From: Neophaeotheca triangularis
Taxonomy: Eukaryota
Reading direction: 5' to 3'
NCBI GenBank assembly: GCA_054600435.1
Contig: BAAIJX010000042.1
Coordinates: forward strand, 1 to 64,000
DNA: 64,000 nucleotides
This document shows positions 47,408 to 58,427 of the stretch, one piece after another. Each line of letters opens with the position of its first letter. Position 1 is the stretch's first letter. Both the position numbers and the translations under genes were made by a program. Below the pieces are notes generated by a model. That model ran no database searches. It was not told the DNA's origin and saw only the letters and a program-made list of their open reading frames with translations.

Positions 47408-47836
47408 GTTGACGTTGGGTCGCTGATGGAGCGAGGACGATGGGTGGTGAGATGTGAGATCTAGTATCGGTCGCAGTTATGGCGAACAAAGGTCTCCAGG
47501 ACGGTGCTGATTGAGAGAACTTTCCACCATGTCCATGACGGTGTGCAGCCCCCGATATATAGCAATGAGTGACCATACCGCAGGTACACCAAGGCTGTTG
47601 TCCATTGGTGCAATAATCATCTTAGCCCGTCTTGGCTTTCTTGCAGGAGAGGGTGATCACAAAGCGCCCGTGAGCTTCGTGGACGGGTACCGGGGTACTA
47701 CCACCTTCGCAAGAGCCGCTTAGCAATTTCGATGCCAACGCGGAGAATCTGGTTGCATAAGACGGAATTGGTCAGGCCGAAGATGTCCAGGCGGTCAAAC
47801 AATCGCCGGCTGCTACGTTCTTAACTTCTTGGACTA

Positions 47837-47888
47837 TTGGTGTGGCATTGGTGTGGCACTGGTGTTGCATTGTTGTGGCATTGATGTT
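47837..47888. repeat. 11-bp minisatellite (TTGGTGTGGCA, about 4.5 degenerate copies)
   Basis: ttggtgtggca ttggtgtggca ctggtgttgca ttgttgtggca ttgatgtt. Confidence 0.85.
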
Positions 47889-50800
47889 AAAGTTGGTCTC
47901 TTCCAATTCACTAAGACTCCGCTTCTCCAGATGCTAAGGTGTCTAGGGTAGCATTTAAAGTGGAGCTTGGTGGAGGTCAGTGCTGAGCTGTTCCTGTGGG
48001 GGAGACATTAACTACGGGCATCCTAACTCTGTGGCCAGTGCCATCTGGACCTGTTTAGGTAGGTTGTTAATAGCTTTGCCAGCCACACAGACTACTACAG
48101 CCGAACAGGCTAGACTTTGGACTCCTGACTGCATCGACAGTGCACCAACAAGAGACGACGACTACTGCTGCCGTGCGTATTTTACAGCAGAAGCGGGGAC
48201 TGGTGAAGCTTGGGAAGATGATCAGCATACAGTACTAGTAGTACCTCCACTTCAGGCGCCGGTTGATGGTTGATGTCGACTGCTGCTGGGAGCTCCTCCT
48301 TAGGCTAACTTTACTCGTCCACCAACGCATTGCGTGATGAGCGTGGCTAATCTCAGACGCCTATCCGTGCTGTAGGACGGGAGGCTCGTGAAGGCCGCTA
48401 CTGGTACCAAGCCTGCCCGCCGCCCTTAACAGCCTAGACTGTGCTTCCGTTGGCGGAGAAGCTTATCTACCCCGCGTAGATTGAGTGACTTATTACCGAT
48501 AGGTTTACTGTCGCATTGGTGTGGGGGAGATGCCGAGAACGTTGCTGGGCATTGATGCTCTGTCGCGAAATGAGAGGGCGTTCAGGGCTGCGGCGTTGAT
48601 ATCACAACTTCACAAGCATTAATACCCACGCCTCTCCAAGATTCTTGTCCACAAAATACTTCGCTGCGACTTGCGGAGAATCTTTGCTCCCGTCCCACTC
48701 ACATGGGCAGAGGCTCCAGTCTGGCCAAACGCGGACCAGCGCTTCGCAATTCACATATGATGGTCTTTTAGAGTCCAGAGCTGCGTTTCCGGTAAATTGC
48801 TGCTGCGATCACACCCGCATCTTTCGGCAGCGTTCACAGACGTTGCCTCGTTCACGAACGGTAAGGCTGCATGTAACTTAGGCTCTTCCGGGACAAAGCA
48901 CTTGAGATCCCACGCTTTTCGCGCCAATAAGTTAGCCCTCGCGTTTCTTGAGGGAGAACGCGTAGGTACGAAAAATTTATCCGAGTCCTGGCATCTCGGA
49001 ACGTGTGTGTATGGCGAATACCGGCGTGTTACCTGGAGGCTGCGGCTGATCCGTAGGGAATTTTAGTGCTGCTGTATCGGTAGCTTGGCATTCGGCCGAG
49101 GGCGCAAAGGACATGAGCCTTGTGTTTTTATGTTCTCTTATCAGTGAGTCTGTCGAGCTCAAGCAGAAAGATGATGTTGAAAAGTACCTTAGGTAGGTAG
49201 TTAGAAGTAAGAAGTAATGTCCCGAAAAAATCAAAGATCGAAAAGGAACCTGGAAGGCACCTAACTTCAACAATTCAACGTCACCTCCACTTCATCCAAG
49301 CATCCCGTACAGTGCCAAACAAGAACCGCGGGAGATCAACGTTGACGAAAGCATATGAAAACCTAACTACAGACATGAATCATGATATATGGGTACAAAC
49401 AACTCGGATACTTAGTAACAAGATCAAGATCAAGGTTCGAGCCGAAACTAAGGTTTTACGTGGCCTTGAGGAGATGGTCAAACACGGTCACATTAGCGTT
49501 AATCACATATCTCCAACCGAACGACGACAACAATAAATAATAGCGACTTCGGTTCGACCTTCGTAAACGATACTTCGCCATTTCCTGTCCTACACTGCCT
49601 CACCAAAGCCCCTTCATCGCCTACGAAATCTTGCCGGCATCTACTTCCTGCTGAACATCGCCTTCAAGTTGTGAAGCCTCATTATCGCCTCCGTCGACAG
49701 TTCCTCGCCGTTCTCGGGCCCGATTGTGAACTTGTCAAACCAGGTCGATCTCAGAGCGGGACCTGTCCAATGTCTTGTACAAAGTCGGCATCTGAGTGCC
49801 CGAATGCAACGGGGTGCGAACAGGCTCTTGGGTGCAATAAAGCGCCATGATTCGTCCCATCATGTTTCCTAACCCTGAGCATCGATACTCTTCCAGTGCC
49901 ACGCATGGACATCTCGAAGTCTCGAAGCCCACAGTCTATCCCAACCCGACTAACTCGACAGTTGCGAGGCTGGCCCAGCCCCGAGGGTCTGAAATCGAGT
50001 ATGACTCTGCTGTGAATGTTGGCTTCTATCATGCTAATTCCTGGGGAAAGTAACATGTCTCACGTTCAAACAGATACTCCAAGCCCATAGAATACAACGT
50101 GCAAATGTTTATGTGGATAACTTACCTATAAGGAGGTAAGGTAGGCTGAAGGGAAGCTTCCTTTCTCCGGCGATTAGGGCTCGCGTGCCAAGACGGCCAG
50201 ATCCTGACTTCTTCCTCTTCACTTTCTCAACAACACTGCCGTCTCCTCTGCTTTTCTTCACCGCAAACCTTCTACTCCTCGCGTTCCAAAAACCCGGCAT
50301 TTGTTGCTGATACAGGTACCACAATACCGTTTTCTTAATAGCGACTGCCACCTTCCATGACATCATCTCTACCAACTGCGCTAAACGGTTGTGGCGGTGC
50401 GCACACCTAGAACGACTTGGACTTTGGAATCCAACAAAGCTCGGGACATTTACCGTCTTGCCCTAAGGATGTCACTGATCTGAAGTTTCCGTGTAGACGC
50501 CGACACGACGGCTATTGATGATCTACTGCTTCGAACTGTGATCGACCGAACGCGAGAAACACTAAAGACTTGAATTACCAAACGCAGGCCCTTTCAAATT
50601 TCAATAGTACTCCCCTAGAGTCAACAAACCGAGACCAGGGTGGAGTTTCTCATTTCTAGAATCAAGAGGTTGAAGAGAGGCCTTGCTATGACGGTTGCTG
50701 CTCGAGCCGTTTCGCCACCTACTAACACAGCGGCCCTTAAGCTATTGACTGCAGGTACCGAGCTCGTGGCAGCCTCTTCCACGTAGGTAGTTCGACGGTA

Positions 50801-51485
50801 ACGGTGTACCTGCGTACTCCCTTTGCCTTGCCTGACACAATTCTCTAGGGCGAAGAGATATCCTGTATCATCCCCGACTTAACTGAAACTATTACCAATT
50901 GGTCGTTATGCGTCCCCTTTGGTCAGTCAGATTGGCGACACTGGCTTTAGCAATCCCCTTGAGAACCGTCTACCTCCCCCTCATAAGTATTGGCATGGTA
51001 CCACATTTACTCATCAGATTGTGAGAAGTAGTCTTTAGCGTGCGCTTCTGGGCTGGATCTGCACGGTTCGCCTCCTGCAGGTACAGACTCAGAGATCTTT
51101 GCCGAGCCGTCAGTATTCTAGAAGCCTTCTCATCGAAAGCCAAAATGGAGAATCATCCGCCACATTCAGCCACTCGACAACTGCTGAAAGGCTTCACTAC
51201 CGTTCTGGGAGCTACACGGATGTGGTTGATGTCTAGGTACCCGGACGATCCATGAAGATCGCGGTCTAGTATCCTGGAAGAGAAACTCTCACTTCCTGGA
51301 CGGCAGAAGAAGAGCCCGTGCAATATGGTTGGAAGTGCGAGGCCACGAGGTAGGTCTTGATATCAGGCTGCGGCCAGTCGTTCCTTCAAGCAATCCTCTC
51401 CATCAACAGCACTCTCCATTGTTCCTTTAGCCGTTTCCCAAAAAAAGGCTTTTCAGCTCTTAGACACTCGTTCCTACCTTTCACC

Positions 51486-52951
51486 ATGCGCGTATCCCAG
51501 GTTCTCCTCCTCGCCGCTGCGGCGCCGGCAGCACTCGCCGCTCCCACTCCCGGCGTTGTCAGCAACATTGTGTCCACTGTGCAGGGCCTCGTGGGCAAGT
51601 TGACCAACAATGTGGTCGGAGCGGCCTCCCAGGCTGCCTGCCGCCGGGGCTTGCTAAGAACGGCAAGACCCCTCCAGGCCAGTTGAAGAAGGCCCTCAAG
51701 GCGCTCGGCCTTACACTACCCAACAACGCCAATAAGCACGGCAATCCCTTCAGCTATCTCGACTTGGTGGTGGCAAAGAAAGACGGTGCCAAAGGCAACA
51801 AAAAGCACAACATCCCCGGCCAGGCCAAGAAGAAGAGCTTCGTCGACTGGAAAACCTTCAAGTCCAACGGCGTAGGCCTTGGCGCCTGGTTGGAGCAAGA
51901 GCAAAACTACGATGTTGCGTGGTGGGCGGAGAACGTTGGGCCCTTCCCAGACGAGTGGTCGTGGTGCGAGACGGTCGGCTTCGAAGTCTGCGGTCCCAAG
52001 CTGGAAGAGCGTTTTGCGTCTTTCATCACGACCGACGACGTTGACAAGATGGGCCAACTGGGAATCAACACCCTGCGCATCCCAACCACATACGCTGCCT
52101 GGGCAGAGATCCCCGGCAGTTGGCTGTACCACGGCAACCAGCGCCAGATCTTGAAGAAGATTACCGATTACGCCATCGACAAGTATGGCATGCACATCAT
52201 CCTGAGCTTGCACGGCCTACCGGGTGGCATCAACACCCTTCCTATCGGCGAGGCTCTCGGGAGAAACTTCTGGTTCCAGAACGTCACCAACCTCGAATAC
52301 TCGTACACCGTCTTCGACTCGCTCCTCGACTTCGTCGCCACGTCCGGCAAGCGCGAATCCTTCACTCTCTGCCCGGGCAACGAGTTCTCCGACAACTTCG
52401 CAGGCTTCGCCACCCCATCAGGCTTGACCGAGGCCGGCACCAACTGGATCAACATGTGGATCAACGGCTGCCTCGACCGCATCGCCAAAGTCGACAAGCG
52501 CATTCCGATCATGCTCCAGGACTCCTTCTTCAGCGAAAGGTACTGGTCGCCCTTTTACCCGGCCGGTACTAACCTAGTAATCGACAGCCACATCTACTTC
52601 TTCGCCGCCGCGGGCGCCTACCAGCAATACGTCGCTCCCGCGGCTTGCGGCCAGGCCGACTACATCGGCCGCGGCGACGGCAAGTTCCCCGTCTTTATCG
52701 GCGAGTGGAGCTTGCAGAGCAATTTCAACAACACTCTCGCCGGCCGCAAGACGCTGTACGACACGCAGGCGTACGCTTACCAGACGTACGCTTCCGGTAG
52801 CTCGTTCTGGAACTACAAGATGCTGAACACGGTCGATGGGGTTGATGGCGCGCCCGGAGAGGCCGCTGGTACGCTTCAGGACTACTGGAGCTGGGAGGTT
52901 CTGGCTGATGATGGTGTCGTGACCAAGGGCATCCAGGAGAGCTATTGCTAG
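51486..52951 (+). CDS. Secreted glycoside hydrolase family 5 (beta-glucanase type) with a frame break near 51620
   Basis: Signal peptide MRVSQVLLLAAAAPAALA in one frame; catalytic domain in another frame (LGAWLEQE, GINTLRIP, LHGLPGG, GNEF acid/base, DSHIY, IGEWS nucleophile). Confidence 0.85.
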
Positions 52952-53903
52952 GTGTTACGCTGTAACTTGGCATGTGTTGAGTCGACTATTGGACAAGCTT
53001 GTTGGATAGAGATGTTTCGTATTTATTTTTCTGTAATATATTACGCACCTTACTGTCAATCGTAGAGCAGGACTCCTAGTCATCATCTCAATTCGCACCT
53101 CGGGTTGGTTTCAACCCAGCCATATTAATGTGGAAGCACGCTTTCAACGCGAACATGATGTTCACGGCCTTCTTGAGCGAGCCGCCAGCACGTTTGGATA
53201 AGCGTGATGGTCAGAGGTGGCTGATTGTGGATTATGAGGCGGGCGATGCCGTGCTGCACAATGGGTGATAGCTGGAATACGAGGACCTCACTCCATTGAT
53301 GCCGGTGTTTGATGGCGTTCCTCTCAGCATAGCTTGCGGTGGCATTCCGGAAGGGTGACTCAGCTCTGGGTGAGGGCACGTTATAGATCAGTTCTCTGGG
53401 CCATACAATGTTTAATGAATGATGCTTCCCAGCAGTGGGCCACAATGTGAAGATATGGATGGGGGGACTCCTTTGGTGAGTCCTGGCAAGAGCGAGTGAG
53501 GAAGGCAGGATGCTTCAAGCATTCAATTGCTTTTCATTTGAATTCCTCAGACCTCATCCCCTCTTCATCAGTTTTCGTCTTTCATCACTGCATCAACTAG
53601 TACGCGACCGCGATTGCTCTCCCTCCTCTTTGCGGGGAGACATCTTGCGTGGGATCAATCACCCTTGCAGAGATTTTCACATTGAGAGTCGACAGCTCCA
53701 GCCAGTGTTTCCAATTCAAAATCAACGGCGCAACAGGGTTGTGCGTGGTCACTGTCCCTTGCTCGAATCTGCGTTGAAGGAGAAAGCAATGGTTGGTTAA
53801 ATTCACTTTAGACGAGAAACTCCCGCCAACACCACCACGTCTCCACAGAACACGCTAGCCCATCCCGGAGATCGACAGCGGCACGGTAGTAACTTGACAC
53901 AAC

Positions 53904-55271
53904 ATGGGTCTGCTCTCCTCTCTCGGCATGCCACCACCTCAGGACCTTCTGCAGTCCCTCATCGTCCCCGAGGGAACCAGAGAGACAAGGCAAAACAATA
54001 TGACTACAGAAGGCTCCAAGCACGGCTATCTACCGATCAGAAACCCCCGATTCTCTGCCAACGTCGACGCTCAGATTGAAGACAACCATGAGGAAGAGAA
54101 CTATGCTGCGCCACCTGAACAAACGATTCAGTCAACCGGAAAGCCTTTCAACGAGTTGTTCGACCCAAATCGCCAAACACCGGAGACCGGAGGACGTATG
54201 CGCCAGGAATTAAACCAATACATACAAAGCCTCGACGAGTGGGAATCGCAAAACCCAAGGCCAGAGAAGGAAGACGACCCTTTCGTCCGCCCAAAGATCG
54301 TTCCGCTGCTTGCTACGAAGACCACTGGTGAGCATGCAGCGCAGTTCAATCAATTTTGCCAAAAGTATGGCTTGGACCATGACTTCCACATCAAGGAAGG
54401 CCCGCCTCAGTGCTTCAGTGCAAAAGTCACTTGGGGGGACAACTCAGCGCGCGCGCCGGGGCCTTTTGCGTCAAAGAAAGAAGCCAAAGAAGCAGTGTGT
54501 AAGCTTGCGAACATGCAGAATGAGAAGATCAAAGAGAACCTCACGCCCTTCCCCAACCGTAAGCAGAGTTTCGACGAAGGACCTGACGAAGCAAACGCCA
54601 AACGTCAACGTGAATCTGAAAACTGGGTTGGCATGCTTGCGGAATACTGCCAGAAGCTGGGCCAGCCAATGCCTCAATACACGGAGTATCAGGCCAGGGC
54701 CAAGCATCTTCAGGCACAGGGGGTGCCTTCTTCTGGCTATCAGTTCGCTTGCACGGTCACTCTACCCCATGAATCCACGCTATTTGGTGACACGGAAGCT
54801 CTATTCAACAACAAGAAGGAAGCTAAGCGCAATGCGGCTATGGAAGCAGTCCAGTATCTCCGCAGCAATAGCGCAATGGGAGGCGCGCCACAGCTTCCCA
54901 CCATACAGCCTAACACCACAGCATCATCATCCCCAATGCCCTCGATTGCTTCAACCAGCAGTGCAACAGGCGAAACCACCCCAGCCAAAGTCGCCCGCCT
55001 AAGCATCGCCCTCGGTTTCAGCCAACCCAGCTACCAAAAGTCACATTCCGCCGGGAACTCAACCCTCATCTCCATGGCGGCTTTTTACCTTCCTCAGGAC
55101 CAGCAAAAAGAACCAAAGATCTCCGGTCCGCTGGGTCTGGTCGAAGGCGTTCACGGGCAGAAGGCGGCAAAGCAGCAATGCGCTGAAAAAGTTGTCGAAT
55201 TGCTTGAGGGACTGCAGACGAAGCGGTTGGCGGAGGCAAAGGAGGTGTGGGCTGGGAGAAAGCCGGCATAG
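53904..55271 (+). CDS. Protein with three double-stranded-RNA-binding-like domains
   Basis: FNQFCQK..FSAKV..GPFASKKEAKEAV; NWVGMLAEYCQK..PQY..FACTVTL..FNNKKEAKRNAAMEAVQYL; LGFSQPSY..VHGQKAAKQQCAEKV. The start could instead be the ATG at 54000. Confidence 0.75.
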   Translation: MGLLSSLGMPPPQDLLQSLIVPEGTRETRQNNMTTEGSKHGYLPIRNPRFSANVDAQIEDNHEEENYAAPPEQTIQSTGKPFNELFDPNRQTPETGGRMRQELNQYIQSLDEWESQNPRPEKEDDPFVRPKIVPLLATKTTGEHAAQFNQFCQKYGLDHDFHIKEGPPQCFSAKVTWGDNSARAPGPFASKKEAKEAVCKLANMQNEKIKENLTPFPNRKQSFDEGPDEANAKRQRESENWVGMLAEYCQKLGQPMPQYTEYQARAKHLQAQGVPSSGYQFACTVTLPHESTLFGDTEALFNNKKEAKRNAAMEAVQYLRSNSAMGGAPQLPTIQPNTTASSSPMPSIASTSSATGETTPAKVARLSIALGFSQPSYQKSHSAGNSTLISMAAFYLPQDQQKEPKISGPLGLVEGVHGQKAAKQQCAEKVVELLEGLQTKRLAEAKEVWAGRKPA

Positions 55272-55594
55272 AGGTCGCAGTGACTTTGAAGGCGGGCTGT
55301 CATGAAGATATGAGATTATGAAGTCACGGAGATACCCGTGGAAATGAGATTCACGTCACGAGGCGATTTTTCCTTGGTTACAGAAATTGAAATGAGCTAT
55401 CACGGTATTGCTGTGAATTCTGGCGTAGATACCGATTGAATGCGATGCAATGCAATGCTCTTGATTAGTATGTAATTGGTATTACTGTATGCTCTACAAA
55501 TTTCCCTCGATTTGAATCTCGTTGGCCATCACATGACCCCGCGTTCTAGCGCCATCTTGAGTGAGGCTTCAACATCATCAACTCTAGCTTCAAG

Positions 55595-56590
55595 ATGGCG
55601 AGAACGACGCGATCAAAAACAGCGGCCACAGCTTCTCGCGAAGAGAAGCACAATTCCGACTATGATGAAAACGAGAGCGAAGACACTCAAGCAGCGAGAT
55701 CCGCACGATCGAAGACCGCCGCAGCCTTCAAAAGCAACCTGGAGCGCTTCCAATACAGCGACAAGACCATGCCAACAGCAACCGCTCCCTCCATAACCGG
55801 CCCCCACGACCTCCAGAAACTCCCAAAACCCACCCAATCTCCCCAGTCCCCGAAACGAAAGCGCCAAATCACCACCACGCGCTCGCCGCAAAAGAAACCC
55901 CGCAAAACCTCCTCCTACGCACCCCCAAGCACCTACGCGCACCTCGCGCCCCTCACCGACATCCTCGCCCCAAACCTCATCGCCATCTTCATCGGCACGA
56001 ACCCGGGCGTACGCACGGCGCAAGCCGGCCACGCTTACGCGCACCCCTCGAACGGGTTCTGGAAATCGCTGCACCGCTCGGGCTGTACGGATGTCTTGCT
56101 CAGACCGCACGAGGACGGCACGTTGCCGGCGAGATATGGGCTGGGGAATACGAATATTGTGGATAGGCCTAGTAGGGATGCGGGGGAGTTGAGCAGGAGT
56201 GAGATGGTGGAGGGGGCGGGGGTGTTGGATGGGAAGGTGAGGCGGTGGAGGCCGGAGAGTGTTTGTCTGGTCGGGAAGGGGATTTGGGAGGCGGTGTGGA
56301 GGTGGCGGTATGGGAGGGGGTTTGGGAAGGGGGAGTTTGGGTGGGGTTGGCAGGGAGGGGAGAGACTGGGAGGGGTGGAGGGGGAGTGGGAGGGAGCGGC
56401 GGTTTTTGTTACGAGTAGTACGTCGGGTTTGAGTGCGAGTTTGAGACCGCATGAGAAGGAGGCGATTTGGAGGCCTTTTGGGGAGTGGGTGCGTGAGAGG
56501 AGGAGGGAAAGGGGCTTGGTGGAGATGGGAGATGAGGGGAGTAAGAGGATTGAGGAGGGGAGTGGTGATGGCGGAGAGGGTAAAGGGTAA
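55595..56590 (+). CDS. G/T(U) mismatch-specific thymine/uracil DNA glycosylase (TDG/MUG, Thp1-like)
   Basis: IFIGTNPG (catalytic Asn), GHAYAHPSNGFW, YGLGNTNIVDRP, VGKGIW, STSGL. Confidence 0.92.
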   Translation: MARTTRSKTAATASREEKHNSDYDENESEDTQAARSARSKTAAAFKSNLERFQYSDKTMPTATAPSITGPHDLQKLPKPTQSPQSPKRKRQITTTRSPQKKPRKTSSYAPPSTYAHLAPLTDILAPNLIAIFIGTNPGVRTAQAGHAYAHPSNGFWKSLHRSGCTDVLLRPHEDGTLPARYGLGNTNIVDRPSRDAGELSRSEMVEGAGVLDGKVRRWRPESVCLVGKGIWEAVWRWRYGRGFGKGEFGWGWQGGERLGGVEGEWEGAAVFVTSSTSGLSASLRPHEKEAIWRPFGEWVRERRRERGLVEMGDEGSKRIEEGSGDGGEGKG

Positions 56591-56650
56591 TGTCTGTCGT
56601 CACGATCATGGCGGGACTATCTGGGCAAACATTGAGGCTTCATTCAGCCG

Positions 56651-57691
56651 TCAAGCCCTAGCTGCCACAGCTTCAACACCACCCAATGACTCCCCCGGCT
56701 GCCTCAGCGCGACACTCTGATCCAAAGCCTTCAGCAACGCATACAAAGCCTCCAACCTCGGCACACTTACCCCCTTCTCCTTGGCAACCTTGATAGGATT
56801 ACCCAAAATCACCTCAACCTCCATACGCCTCTCTTGCAGCAAATCAACAAGCATACTCGGCTCAATGCCCGCGGTCCCAATCCTCCCCTTGGCAATATCA
56901 AGCTGCCGTTCCGCAACCTGGGCATCGACCTCCACATACCCAGCCGCTTGCGCAACAGTCACAACTTCCAGCATCACATCCCTAGCAAAAGCCTCTGCGA
57001 CGTCGCTAGAAGCCAGATACGCCACATCCCTACTCATCGTCAAAGCGCAAACGGGATTCCAACTGGCGTTAAGCATTAGCTTGATCCAGCGCCGGGGCTG
57101 TATATCCTCGTAGACTTTCGCGTTGCCGCCGGCGCTTTGCAGCGTTTCCGCGAATTTGTCCGTTAGGGCGCGGTGCACGGCTGTGCGCTGGTAGGCTGAC
57201 GCTGGGTAAGTTCCGATCTCGAGGCTTTCCATCTTGCCCATTGAGATGTGGCCCGGGGCTGTCTGGGTCACGGGGAGGTATACTACGCAGCTGAGGAGCG
57301 GGTTTTCGGGGAAGGCTACCAGGTACTCTTCCTCGATGTCGATGCCGTTTTGGATTAGCACTACGGTCGTAGTAGTGGGTGTCACGGCTGGGGCGAGGAG
57401 CTCGGCAGTGGTCGGCCTGCCGCCCGGAAGGACCTTGTTGCAGACTAGGATGTAGTCGAAGTGCTCGCCGGGTTGGAGGCTTTGGGCGGCTTCTTCGGGT
57501 GTTCGCACGACGTGCGGCGTAATGTGCAGGTCATGACCATAGAGGGCGCTGTCGATGCGGAAGCCGTTGGCTTTGGCGGCTTCGTAGTTGGAGCGGCAGA
57601 CTGTCGTTACTTCGCTGCCGGCTTTGGTTAGGAGGTAGGCGTATATGGTGCCTATGGCTCCGCTGCCGAAGATCAAGATGCGTGGTGCCAT
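56651..57691 (-). CDS. Ketopantoate reductase family (PanE/ApbA) oxidoreductase
   Basis: IFGSGAIG, VCRSNY, LIQNG, RWIKLMLNASWNP, PSMLVD..RRMEVEVILG. First ATG at 57691. Confidence 0.9.
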   Translation of the reverse strand: MAPRILIFGSGAIGTIYAYLLTKAGSEVTTVCRSNYEAAKANGFRIDSALYGHDLHITPHVVRTPEEAAQSLQPGEHFDYILVCNKVLPGGRPTTAELLAPAVTPTTTTVVLIQNGIDIEEEYLVAFPENPLLSCVVYLPVTQTAPGHISMGKMESLEIGTYPASAYQRTAVHRALTDKFAETLQSAGGNAKVYEDIQPRRWIKLMLNASWNPVCALTMSRDVAYLASSDVAEAFARDVMLEVVTVAQAAGYVEVDAQVAERQLDIAKGRIGTAGIEPSMLVDLLQERRMEVEVILGNPIKVAKEKGVSVPRLEALYALLKALDQSVALRQPGESLGGVEAVAARA

Positions 57692-58427
57692 TGCGATGTC
57701 GATGTCGCCTTTTGAGATGTTCCTACTGCTGTCGCTTTTCGCCAACGTGGTCTCGATGCTTTCCTTCTCTGGATTGTGAGATTTGACGACTCAGACTTCA
57801 ATTAAAGTCCCCGCTTAATGGTGATAATGCATGCGAGGCGTAGAAGACAACAACATTGATGGCGCCAAAGTGCTCGATCAAAATTGTTCAAATGCCGACC
57901 GACGATTCCGGTCGCACTTACTTACTCCTACCGAGGCAACTCACCTCGATGACTTACTATGTGATGAATAACAACGTGTCTATGGGTTTTCTAGCTGTCA
58001 GCCAACATGAGACGGTCTTGACGCTGCCAGAGAAAGAGGCAGCGTCCGAAACGGACAGATACTCGATATTCTACCCAACAATCAAGAATGCGGACAGAGG
58101 TAATATACAGCGGGAGCGACGTCCTTCCGCTAGTGGTTTGTGGTATTGCCCAATCAGATTCACTGTATGCCAAAGTGAATGTTCGGCTCCGCAACGTCGT
58201 CCGGAGTCTGCCAGTCTCAACATCGACATCCACCACTTGGTGACATGATGCATGCAAGCAAGCAAGCACAGGTAGCTGACCATTTCTGGTACGGCCATAC
58301 TCGGCCACAGGTAAGGTTTGTATAAGTGTCACGCTCTTCCTCTTTTCTCCCAACAAGTTTTCATTTCCCTCCAGGCCACAAAGACCACTTGCCCGACAGT
58401 AACACCTCAAACCACGACGGGCACCCT

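Noticed and set aside
48000..51350. 3.3-kb gene-poor stretch with a possible minus-strand intron near 50041-50125; checked for a transposon or pseudogene
   Set aside because: No terminal repeats, transposase or RT motifs, or identifiable protein fragments.
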